Origin: Methanobacteriota archaeon
GTDB lineage: Archaea; Thermoplasmatota; Thermoplasmata; RBG-16-68-12
Direction of reading: 5' to 3'
NCBI GenBank assembly: GCA_005878665.1
Contig: VBLR01000115.1
Span: 1 to 32,476, forward strand
DNA: 32,476 bases
The notes beneath the pieces are model-generated. The model did not search any database and was not told where the DNA came from. It worked only from the letters and a program-made list of their open reading frames with translations. This document shows, in pieces, positions 20,001-26,184 of the stretch; within the stretch, counting starts at the first letter, position 1, and each line of letters opens with the position of its first letter. Made by a program: the position numbers and the translations under genes.

Positions 20001-23000
20001 CGCCATGCAGGTGACCGTGCACAACCCGATTCCGCCTCCGTGGTGGCAGTCATCCTATCTGCTTGCGATCTTCCCCATTGGAATCCTCTTGGGTGTTGCA
20101 ATGTTCGCGCAACGACAGCGCTGGAGGCCCGCGAAGGCCTTCCTCGTGGACGACAGCGGGAGAATGCTCAGGGAATTCACCCTGGACCCGGCCTGCCAGG
20201 TCACGTACGACCAGGCGGTGCAGGCTGGCATCTTGGACGCGGTCGACAAGCCGATCAAAGTCACGAAGTACCACGGCCAGACCGTCCGCGGGGACGCGCT
20301 GGGGGTCGTGCTCCTCGCCTACGGGCCGGTCACCCTCGAGCACGTCGAGTTCGCGCGTGAGATGCTGGTCCAGATTCAGGACAAGTTCGAGGACGCCGTC
20401 AAACAACGCCTCGAAGATGCCCGGGCCCAAGAGGCCAGTGTCGCCACGCAGATGGAAGGCCTCGAGGCACGCCGGACGGAAGTCGAGACGCGAGCAGCCG
20501 AGGTCGAATCGATGACCCAGCGAGCGGAAGCCCGAGAGACAAAGATCGCCGCGGACACCGAATCGCTCGAGGCGAAAGAGCAGGACCTCCGCCGACGGGA
20601 GGACGACTTGGCGGAAGGCCGCAAGGCGGTCGATGAGCAAGTGCGACAAGTCGAAGAACTCCGGACCTCGATCGACCGACGTACCGAGGAAGTCCAGGGG
20701 CAGGCGGCCGAGGTCATCGCTAAGTCCGAGGCGGTCCGGATTCGAGAAGAGGGGGCGACCGCGCTCGAAGCGACTCTCCGGCAGCGAGACGACGCGCTTG
20801 GACAAGGAGAGGCCCGCCTGCAAGACGCGATGGAACGCCTCGCGACGGAAACGTCCGAGGTGCATCAGAGGCTGGACGAGGCCGGGCGGCGCGAGGAGGC
20901 CCTGAGCCGGGATCAGGCAGACCTAGCGAACGGCCGTCAGAAGTTCGAGGTGGATCAGAAAGAGCTCCTTGAGTTCAAGCGTTCGATTGACAGCCGGGTC
21001 AGCGCCGTCGAAGAGAGCGAGGCCGCAATGGGCCAGTTGTCGAAAGAGCTCGCGGCACGGGAGGCCCGAATCGCGCCCGACGAAATACGACTCGCGGAGC
21101 GAGCAAATGCGCTCGACCAACAGGAGGCGGAGCTGAAGACCGATGAAAATCGGCTGACCGCGAGGACCCAGGCGCTCATTGCCCAAGCCGAGGACCTGAG
21201 CGCGCGGGAAGTGACGCTCAAAGAGGACCGAGTGGTCCTAGAGGAAGCGCGGGGTGCGTTCGAGTCGGATCGGCGAGAATTCGAGGAGCGCCGTGCGCAG
21301 TATGACGAAGAAATGCGCCGACGCGGGGACGACCTCGATAGCCAGGCGAAGACGTTGGGCGAGAGCCAACTCCGATTGGCCCAGGAGACGGAGACGTTCG
21401 AGGCGGAGCGGACCGAAAAAAGCCAGGCCATCCTTTCCCGCGAAATCGAACTCGAAGCTCGCGAACAGTCTCTCCGGGAAAAGGAGGACGCGGTCCGCGG
21501 CCAGGCGGAGGAAAACGCGCGTCGCGTCGCGGAACTGACGGCCCAAGACGAATCTCTGGAGATCGAGGCGGCGAAAGCGGACAAGCTGCGCGGTGATCTC
21601 GAGGCTCGCAAGGTTGACCTCGCGAACGGCGCGAAGGAACTGGAAGTCGAAGCGGCTCGATTGCGGGACGAGGAAACAAGAGCGGCGGAGGAACGACGGA
21701 CGTGGCAGACGACCCTGGAGTCCGAGCAAGCCCTCCTGAAGGGCCAGCGGGACGCGTTCGAGCAAGAGGCCGCCTCGGCGCGAGCCTCGTGGGCGGATCG
21801 GGTGATGCGGATCGAAGCCCGCGAGGTCGACGCGGAGGAGAAGGAAGAAAAGGTCCGGACGGACGTGGACTGGATCGCCCGGAGCGAGGAGGACCTCAAA
21901 CGCCGGGAGAAGGCCGTCGAAGAGGCCGGGCTGTCCGCGGCTCAGATGAAGGCCACCGCAGAACGCGTCGCGAAGGAGGCCGAACAGCGATTCCTCGAGA
22001 TCGAGTCGCGGGAACGTGCCCTTCGAGAAGAGGCGGCGCAACGCTCCATCGAACTCACACAGCAGACGGAAGGACTGAAGCGAATCGAATCAGAGCTTGG
22101 ATCGAGGCAAGCCGATTTCGAGAAGGAGCGGGTCATGCAGACCGAACGGCTCCGCGAGACCGAGACGAATCTTCAGATGAAGGCCCAAACCCTCGAGGCC
22201 AAGGCCCGCGAACTCGCAGACCGTGAGAGCCGGGTCGCGGCGACGGAGGAAGCGTCTCGCCAGGCCGACTTGCGCGTCCAGCAGGAGCGGGCGGACGTCC
22301 AGGCGACGGCGAAACAGGTCGAATCCCAACAGCTCGAACTCGCACAGCTCAAAGACCGCTACGATTCGGAGGCGGCGCGTGTCCGCAGCGAGATAGAGGG
22401 CATGCGACAATCCGTCGCGGCGAAAGAGGCAGAGCTGCGTGGAGAGAGAGAACGCGTCGAACGGGATTCGGCGGCCCTGCAGGAGACCCTCGGCGCGAAG
22501 GCGAAGGAGATGTCGGTCCGAGAACGGGCGCTCTCCGCGCGAGAGGCAGAACTCCAAGCGGAGGAGCATGAGCTTGAGGCACGCGGGCGGGAACTCGAAT
22601 CAAAGGAGCGCCAAGCCGAGGCCCACCTGACCGAGATGTCCGCGCAGGCGATGGCGCTCATCCGCAGAGAGCAGGATCTGAACACGCGAGGTGCGCAGCT
22701 CGAACAGACGGTCCGTCGGTTCGAGGCCGAAGCGACGGAGAAGCGCCGCGAATGGGAATCCCTCCAGACGAGCCTGAGGTCTCAGGAGGCACAATTCAGC
22801 GCGACGTCCGAATCTCAAATGGCCGAGCTCTCGAAGAAATCGGAAGAACTCGAGGGCCGAGAGCGCAGCCAACGGGCGGCGCTCGCCCAGCTGGAGCTCC
22901 AGCGATCCAAGCTCGAGGCGGAAGCCAAGGCCCAATCGGCCAAGTCCGCAGAAGCGGAGGCGGCGTGGCGGCGATCGGAAGCCCGACTCGCGGAGCTCAA

Positions 23001-24297
23001 GACAAAAGAGGACGATCTCCTCCGGGGGCGTCAGTCGTTCGAATCCGAACGCTCCACCTGGTCCGCCCGCCGAACCGAAGAGCTGAAGCAGCTCGAAGCG
23101 ACGCGAGATGCAGCCGCACAGCAGGCCCAGCAAGCGGAGCGGCTCGTGGCGGAGTCGCATCGCCGGGCCTTGGTCGCGGAAGAAGCCGAACGGGCGGCGA
23201 AACGGCAGACGGCGGACCTGGCTGCCCAACAGACGCGCCTCGAAAATCGTCGGCTCGAAGCCGAGAAGGCGGAGCGCGACGCCCAGGAACACCTCGCCCA
23301 GCTGCAGGATGCCTCCCAGAAGCTGGCGGCGAAAGACATGGAAATCGCCACCTCGCTCAAGAATCTCGAGTCGCGACAGTCAAAACTGGCGGCATCGGAG
23401 CGCGAGTCTGCGGCCCTCCAGGCCGAATTGCGCTCCCGCAAGACCGCCTTGGACCAGGAGTCGACGCGCATCGCCGCATCGTCGGATCAATTGGCAATGC
23501 GTCAAAAGGACTTGGAGTCTCGGACGGCCGCCCTGGAAGCGAAGATGGCGCAAGCCTCGGCGAGGGAACAGGCCCTCGCGACGGAGCTCCAGCGCGCGGA
23601 CAACCTGATGGAAGACCTCACGAAGAAAGAGCGCGACCTTCGCACCCGCGAGGAGACGGCGAAGGGCACCGAGAAGAACTTGGCGGCACGAGAGACGAAC
23701 CTCACCGCCCGGGATGCCGAGGTCAGAGACGGGATGCGAGGACTCGAGAAGCTCCGCAAAGAAATCGAGGACCAGCGAGGTGCAACCGAGGAGGATCGCC
23801 GGACCGCGAAGACGACCCGTGAAGAGGCGGAGGCGACCAAGCGCGAGGCCGACAAGGTCCGCGCCCAGGCCGACGCGATGCAGGCGGAGGTCAACAAGAA
23901 CCTCCGGTTCCTCCAGAAGAAGGCGCTCGACGTGCTGGATCAAGAGGAGAAAATCCGCGCTCGGGTTGCGAACATCGAAGGACAGGAGAAATCGCTCGAC
24001 ACCAGGGGAGAAATCCTCGAGGGGAAGGAACGCGCCCTCGAGGCGGAGCAAGCCACGCTCGATTCAAAGCTCGGGAAACTACAAGCTGAGGTCGACCGAC
24101 TTCGCGCGCGCCTCGCAGAGACGGAAAAGGCGGGAGGCCCGACGACCGCCGCGATGGAAGAGTGGAAGAAAGATGTCGAGAACCGGGTGAAGATCATCCA
24201 GAAGAAGGCCATGGACCTGTTGGACCGCGAGGAAAAGCTCCGGAAGAAGGAGGAGGAGCTCCGTGCACGCGCGAGCCAGCTCGGCGTGAACCCCTAA
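11011..24297 (+). CDS. Giant (~4400 aa) single-pass membrane protein: ~3000-aa Thr/Ser/Gly-rich beta-solenoid ectodomain, TM helix, longin-like domain, ~1300-aa cytoplasmic coiled coil
   Basis: Uninterrupted ORF (the track starts it at ATG 10873). GTG 11011, preceded by GGTGG, gives a signal-peptide-like MKAGTAILLAFILLATAILVVA. Repeats WTNxSTSASW, EFNN, TFTMAxNxL and GNWDTSGAGS. TM YLLAIFPIGILLGVAMFA plus QRQRWR at about 20050-20125. Charged heptad repeats run from about 20400 to the end. Confidence 0.9.
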   Translation: MKAGTAILLAFILLATAILVVASQSMPDPLAKFRTPDGRLTIPGRALTSELQRLLFHSNDLQPYTNVTFLLPARSTYPTERLVAMSFASPNLNVFVHLRQAPETWGSAIDHVLRVWFPPVDWHEVGIGIRDSVRDGVGWFFDLFTMNAKADTLSVDSTTVSVVDPAAATCTTSQSAAAGDNAVLVMLSNRGPTAYTTVTYGSVSLGLIAGTATSGTGFVRTEMWFYQGAIPSGAQTMTATLVSGTAKQVCATVLLSGVWAPTPTAGGTSASGTTANPSISISPASAGELAFAVMGIRGTTAPTAVTGTGATATSLYGIAPTQCTSAPSTSCGAGADMPFPGTAITWTDGNATDWVVSAVRVLPTPNCGAASGNCYRIGAGGTWATGANWSNTSGGAACGCTPVATNNAIFNATPTGTTTLAAATTIASIDMTNFTGTLDTTASNWGLTVNGPFAIQGTLLARNSTIVVTGDVVMLTAGTIVNLGASAWTINGLWTNLSTSASWVAGTSTVTIRDAASGTLTFAALAGGTNEFNNLTLDATVTTSITYTMAANPLRMGATLTIRNSTGGATGPTILTTSASNLGITTGALALTTFGSLTANGSAVVVNGNVNVSAANGYVVMGSSTWTVTGTWTNASTSASWSAGTGTVTFTSATGGTMTFAGANLPGNELNNVSFTSSAASAQTFTMATRALIWGGTLTISDGSSTTALATASLGLTGGALSVGNGGILTANASTVTASSVAMTGGTSGTITLTTSSFTSTGNWDTSGAGSVFTKGTSTVTMSGVANIAILNASNNFNNLVISAAGTVTQSGLVDVSGTLTVNGGSVLASGTFTLTVATLAANMAGGITAGAAGTKTITGNVSIAAAGYFSFGAATWNFGGSWTNSSTSGSWSVGTGTVVFNSGSSRTMTFANLGVSEFNNVQFSPTAAATFTMVTNGLRWGGTLTLNNNATLSTGNLALTGPGGNLTVNNGATLTAGTSVVSATNVTMTGGTSGAITASGSWTVSGNWDTSGAGSVLTAALSTVTLSGTAKTVRILNASNGFGALTISGTVSAASAITLSGLLTVSGTFDTTATNYGLSIGGGLTVSGVAGILRSNGSTVSVAGNVSVNNAGGYITSGAAGSWTVSGSWTNTSTSASWNFAASITFNSSVSQTMTFAVLPGGAAEFTDIAFNSGPSTVTFTMATNRLIWSGTLAVQGGAGATTLATSNLGLTGGAITIDDGGVLTANASAVSASNVTMTGGASGTLTLTTGAWTITGNWDTSGAGSTFTGTASTVTMTGAVTTVKILNASNGFGALVIGGTVSAASALTTAGLVTVSGTLDTTATNYGLTVGGGLTVSGASGVLRSNASIVSVAGNVSINNAAGYITSTAGGSWTASGSWTNSATSALWSFAAPITFNSSASRTMTFGNPPLEFGGNVTFNSGASTVSFTMAANSLDVGGTLTIAGGAGTTTLNTSGSNLAINAVAFVVNAGGALTANGSTITVTSMDTHLGTFAVGASTVVVNASGGTIDITQTVNNLTVNPAVSTTFAGSLTWTGTLTFTSAGTVAFGTNSLTSSGAATFTFASATVTMSSGNWDTSSATTFTATSSTVTFSGTGNLRIGGSASFDVLVVSGGTRTLQSQLTTAGLLTLSGGILAKGANALTANTGLTMSGGAITSTSGVVSITGNVSIVAAASYIVFGSESWTVSGSWTNNSTSASWSIGTATVAFNASSAQTMTFAALPGNAPEFYNVTFNSGVSTVTFTMTANALAWSGILTVQGGSGVTTLASSNLGLTGGAIVVGNAGALAANASAVSVSGVTMIGGASGTLTLTTGSWTVSGSWNTSGLGSAFAKGTSTVTLTGAAQTVSIRNASNGFYNLSVSGTITQSTAIDVSNSLTVSGALATGGFNITGGSNLFVPDGGTLAAGTSTATFTNVTMTGGVSGTISLTGAWTVSGSWDSTGAGSVLNSGTSTVTFTGTSQTISLAAGQMFYNLTIGGTVSINSTATAAALIVNNGAVLTKTGQTIAFNTLTENGTGSIVDGPITVVNFSVTNSDGTNLTAISVFTTWTIDADYTWTHSSTIATSTITFTIGGNTSGHRFNVTKDAVDFTNGLVNGSGQIIFTMLGSDPVVDVRLSSSCGGNRYWIGGAGSWSQTAHWADSSGGVNGCSVPSSSNAVFFDASSGGGTVTINLNAAASSLNSTGWTGTLAIGSFDLAVGGDITHAAGVISIGPSSNAGLTATGTLTLSGSAVLDGSGAASLVTVSGDASITSTSAYFRMGTGTWTFGGSWSNGSTSTNWVAGTGLVIFDSSSSQTLTFANLAGDEFHNVTFQSVAGSGTITFSMAANGLRWGGLLVIQDSAGSTTTLVTSNLALTGGSLTVGNSGVLIANASSVAVVDVTMAGGASGTLTLTSGSWTVSGQWDTSGAGSTFARGTSTVTLSGTSASVTTLDATNGFSNLVISGTITQNTAIDVRGTLSVSGTLTTSGNDLTGGANLTISGGGSLVGTSSSIVVSGVTMNDAGTNSISLTTGSISASGTWDTSGASSAFTAGSSTVTLTAASATMALGPAQALASLIIAGNVSLASPLTVSSLTISSGGLAKGPHPLTVNSNLTLAGGYLTSTSGSVSIAGNVSISSASSYIAFGSETWIVSGNWTNASTSASWSAGSAVVTFNATTDQIMTFAGANLAGNEFSTVEFDSGSSTTTFTMAADGLVAQTITIQGGSGTTILTTSGASLPIMANALTVGIGGALTANASILTVRSLSTAAGVFAAGTSTVVVNLSGGSVDVTQTLYDIVVSPGISTTFVSSITWSGALTLTSSTSVFNGSLISNGPAVLNLGASTLSIAGSWDTSSTTTLTSIGSAVTFTSVTGSITLGASQRFATLTIAGTVALATDLSADTLTVTSSNVLTMTNHRIAFNSLTVSGTITDGSVNVTDLTVTNSDTTASVTIAGFSEWSRGSSYAWTHTSSESSQTITWTIGGNAATIPYAVTKDGSSFATGTVNSSGQVIFTMLGSDPAMQVTVHNPIPPPWWQSSYLLAIFPIGILLGVAMFAQRQRWRPAKAFLVDDSGRMLREFTLDPACQVTYDQAVQAGILDAVDKPIKVTKYHGQTVRGDALGVVLLAYGPVTLEHVEFAREMLVQIQDKFEDAVKQRLEDARAQEASVATQMEGLEARRTEVETRAAEVESMTQRAEARETKIAADTESLEAKEQDLRRREDDLAEGRKAVDEQVRQVEELRTSIDRRTEEVQGQAAEVIAKSEAVRIREEGATALEATLRQRDDALGQGEARLQDAMERLATETSEVHQRLDEAGRREEALSRDQADLANGRQKFEVDQKELLEFKRSIDSRVSAVEESEAAMGQLSKELAAREARIAPDEIRLAERANALDQQEAELKTDENRLTARTQALIAQAEDLSAREVTLKEDRVVLEEARGAFESDRREFEERRAQYDEEMRRRGDDLDSQAKTLGESQLRLAQETETFEAERTEKSQAILSREIELEAREQSLREKEDAVRGQAEENARRVAELTAQDESLEIEAAKADKLRGDLEARKVDLANGAKELEVEAARLRDEETRAAEERRTWQTTLESEQALLKGQRDAFEQEAASARASWADRVMRIEAREVDAEEKEEKVRTDVDWIARSEEDLKRREKAVEEAGLSAAQMKATAERVAKEAEQRFLEIESRERALREEAAQRSIELTQQTEGLKRIESELGSRQADFEKERVMQTERLRETETNLQMKAQTLEAKARELADRESRVAATEEASRQADLRVQQERADVQATAKQVESQQLELAQLKDRYDSEAARVRSEIEGMRQSVAAKEAELRGERERVERDSAALQETLGAKAKEMSVRERALSAREAELQAEEHELEARGRELESKERQAEAHLTEMSAQAMALIRREQDLNTRGAQLEQTVRRFEAEATEKRREWESLQTSLRSQEAQFSATSESQMAELSKKSEELEGRERSQRAALAQLELQRSKLEAEAKAQSAKSAEAEAAWRRSEARLAELKTKEDDLLRGRQSFESERSTWSARRTEELKQLEATRDAAAQQAQQAERLVAESHRRALVAEEAERAAKRQTADLAAQQTRLENRRLEAEKAERDAQEHLAQLQDASQKLAAKDMEIATSLKNLESRQSKLAASERESAALQAELRSRKTALDQESTRIAASSDQLAMRQKDLESRTAALEAKMAQASAREQALATELQRADNLMEDLTKKERDLRTREETAKGTEKNLAARETNLTARDAEVRDGMRGLEKLRKEIEDQRGATEEDRRTAKTTREEAEATKREADKVRAQADAMQAEVNKNLRFLQKKALDVLDQEEKIRARVANIEGQEKSLDTRGEILEGKERALEAEQATLDSKLGKLQAEVDRLRARLAETEKAGGPTTAAMEEWKKDVENRVKIIQKKAMDLLDREEKLRKKEEELRARASQLGVNP
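12121..20030 (+). repeat. Degenerate protein-level repeat array of the giant ectodomain, arranged as two super-modules
   Basis: Recurring segments WTVSGSWTNxSTSASW...MTFA...EFxNVxF...TFTMAxNxLxWxGxL...LTGG...MTGGxSG...WDTSGAGS...ILNASNGF. Cap motifs at about 12130 and 17380. End modules finishing IFTMLGSDP at about 17340 and 20000. Confidence 0.8.
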
Positions 24298-24342
24298 TCG
24301 ACAACGAGGCGGAACCGACGCCGTAGCCGATTGCGCCGAGCA

Positions 24343-25524
24343 CTAACGCGCGGCCTTGCGAATCGCCTGATCGAAATCCTCGATCAGGTCGTCCGTATCC
24401 TCGAGGCCGACACTCACGCGCACGAGGCCTTCGGTAATCCCGCTCTTCTTTCGCTCGTCCTCCGTGAGGGGCCCGTGGGTCATCGATGCGGGGTGCTGCA
24501 CCAGGGTTTCCGTCCCGCCGAGGCTCACGGCGAGCGTCGCCACCTTCACGGACTCAACGAACCGCCTGCCCGCGCGATGGCCCCCCTTCAGCTCGAAGCT
24601 CAGCATCGCACCGAAGCCGGACATCTGTTTGCGCGCGAGGGCGTGTTGAGGAAACGACGCGAGGCCGGGATAGTGGACCACCCGCACGGCCCGGTCACTT
24701 TCCAAGGACTCGGCGAGTGCCTGGGCGCTTGCGCCTTGGACTTGCATGCGAATCGGGAGCGTCTTAATCCCGCGTCGAACCAGGAACGCCTCAAACGGGC
24801 CGAGCGCAGGACCCAACATCTTGTACGCGAACCAGATGCGGTCGAACAATCGAGGGGTCGCCGTGATGACTGCACCCGCGACGACATCGCTGTGGCCGCC
24901 GAGATACTTCGTCGCACTGTGGAGCGCCGCATCGACCCCGAATTCGAGGGGACGTTGGTTGATTGGCGATGCAAACGTGTTGTCCGCAAGGGTCGTGGCT
25001 CGCACGGACTTCGCGGCATCGACCGCTTCGCGGAGATCCGTAATCATCATCGTGGGGTTCGCCGGAGTCTCGATGTAGACCAACCGGGTGTCGCTCCTGA
25101 CGGCCTCCTTCCAGGCACCCGGCTTCCGCGGATCGACGAAGCTCGTCGACACACCGAACCGTGGCAGGAGGCGGGTGAAGATCTCCGTGGTGGCCGCGTA
25201 CAGGCTCGCGCCCGCGACGACGTGGTCGCCGGAATCCACGCATGCCAGGATTGCCGACGCAATCGCGCCCATCCCGGATCCCGTCGCGAGGGCCCGGGGG
25301 CCGCCTTCGAGATCCGCGAGCGTCTCCTCGAGCTCGCGCAGCGTGGGATTGCCCCATCTCGTGTAGTATGCCGCGGGCGCCGTCGCGGCCGCAAACTCGG
25401 CGCCTTGGTGCGCCGACTCGAGAGCCCAGGTCGAACTCGCGTAGATCGGCGTGACGATGGGACCCCGCCTTTTCCCGCGGCGGCCGTGGACCGCGCGCGT
25501 CCGAGGACCGAGACTCTTTGCCAC
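24343..25524 (-). CDS. PLP-dependent Cys/Met metabolism enzyme (cystathionine gamma-lyase/synthase or methionine gamma-lyase family)
   Basis: YTRWGNPT, GSGMGAI, ETPANPT, DNTFASP, PLP-Lys motif HSATKYLGGHSD, AVSLGGTETLVQHPASMTH and RVSVGLED. GTG start. Exact specificity cannot be resolved from motifs. Confidence 0.92.
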   Translation of the reverse strand: MAKSLGPRTRAVHGRRGKRRGPIVTPIYASSTWALESAHQGAEFAAATAPAAYYTRWGNPTLRELEETLADLEGGPRALATGSGMGAIASAILACVDSGDHVVAGASLYAATTEIFTRLLPRFGVSTSFVDPRKPGAWKEAVRSDTRLVYIETPANPTMMITDLREAVDAAKSVRATTLADNTFASPINQRPLEFGVDAALHSATKYLGGHSDVVAGAVITATPRLFDRIWFAYKMLGPALGPFEAFLVRRGIKTLPIRMQVQGASAQALAESLESDRAVRVVHYPGLASFPQHALARKQMSGFGAMLSFELKGGHRAGRRFVESVKVATLAVSLGGTETLVQHPASMTHGPLTEDERKKSGITEGLVRVSVGLEDTDDLIEDFDQAIRKAAR

Positions 25525-25714
25525 GATACGGAGACGCTGGGTTCGGCGAAATAGGTTTCCAAAGCCAAAGAAAACGAGAGCGAGATGAGGTTCGAAGATG
25601 CCCGCACCGGCGCCGTGAAAGTTAAACCGGAAAGGTCAAAAAGGGGGGGTGTATAACAACCCTTCGCCCGGTCGTTGTATCACGGCCGGGCGACCCGCCT
25701 AAGGAGGCAACTAG

Positions 25715-26140
25715 ATGTCGCGTGAAGTGGACTTTTCGGCGAAACCAATCGACCCCGACTTCATGAACAAGCCGGACGAATACCCCGAGACGGGGACCCA
25801 CTTCGACCACAAAGTCTACGCCGAGGGCGTCGAGCGGCTCGATGCCAACGGGACCCCGTATCCAACGAAACTCGGAATTCACGGTCTCCACGTGGCTGTC
25901 GACTTCGATGGCTGCGTCGCCGACGGCGTCTGCATGGACGTCTGCCCGGTCGACGTCTTCGAGTGGCTTCTCGCCCCGGGCAAGAAAGGCACCGGGAATG
26001 ACAAGATCATTGAGAAAGGCGGCGAAGAGTGGGATAAGTACCGATGCGACAAGTCCGACATGATTCGGGAGTCGGACTGCATCGACTGCATGGCGTGCGA
26101 GACCGCCTGCCCGACGAAAGTCATCAAGATCAACCCGTAA
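25715..26140 (+). CDS. zfx: Zinc-containing dicluster ferredoxin, Thermoplasma type
   Basis: N-terminal extension KPIDPDF...HFDH...YPTKLGIHG carries the His zinc ligands. CVADGVCMDVCP (CxxDxxCxxxCP) and CIDCMACETACP. AAGGAGG SD at 25701-25707. It closely resembles my recollection of Thermoplasma acidophilum ferredoxin. Confidence 0.92.
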   Translation: MSREVDFSAKPIDPDFMNKPDEYPETGTHFDHKVYAEGVERLDANGTPYPTKLGIHGLHVAVDFDGCVADGVCMDVCPVDVFEWLLAPGKKGTGNDKIIEKGGEEWDKYRCDKSDMIRESDCIDCMACETACPTKVIKINP

Positions 26141-26184
26141 CCGGTACGCGCGCCTCGGAGTCCACCGGACGGACCGAGTCGAGC

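Noticed and set aside
12121-20030. Autotransporter or two-partner secretion assignment for the beta-solenoid
   Set aside because: There is no C-terminal beta-barrel or TpsB partner. The protein has a single TM helix and the context is archaeal.
20400-24297. SMC/Rad50 or myosin-like annotation for the coiled coil
   Set aside because: No Walker A/B, signature, hinge or zinc-hook motif. Any similarity would be compositional.
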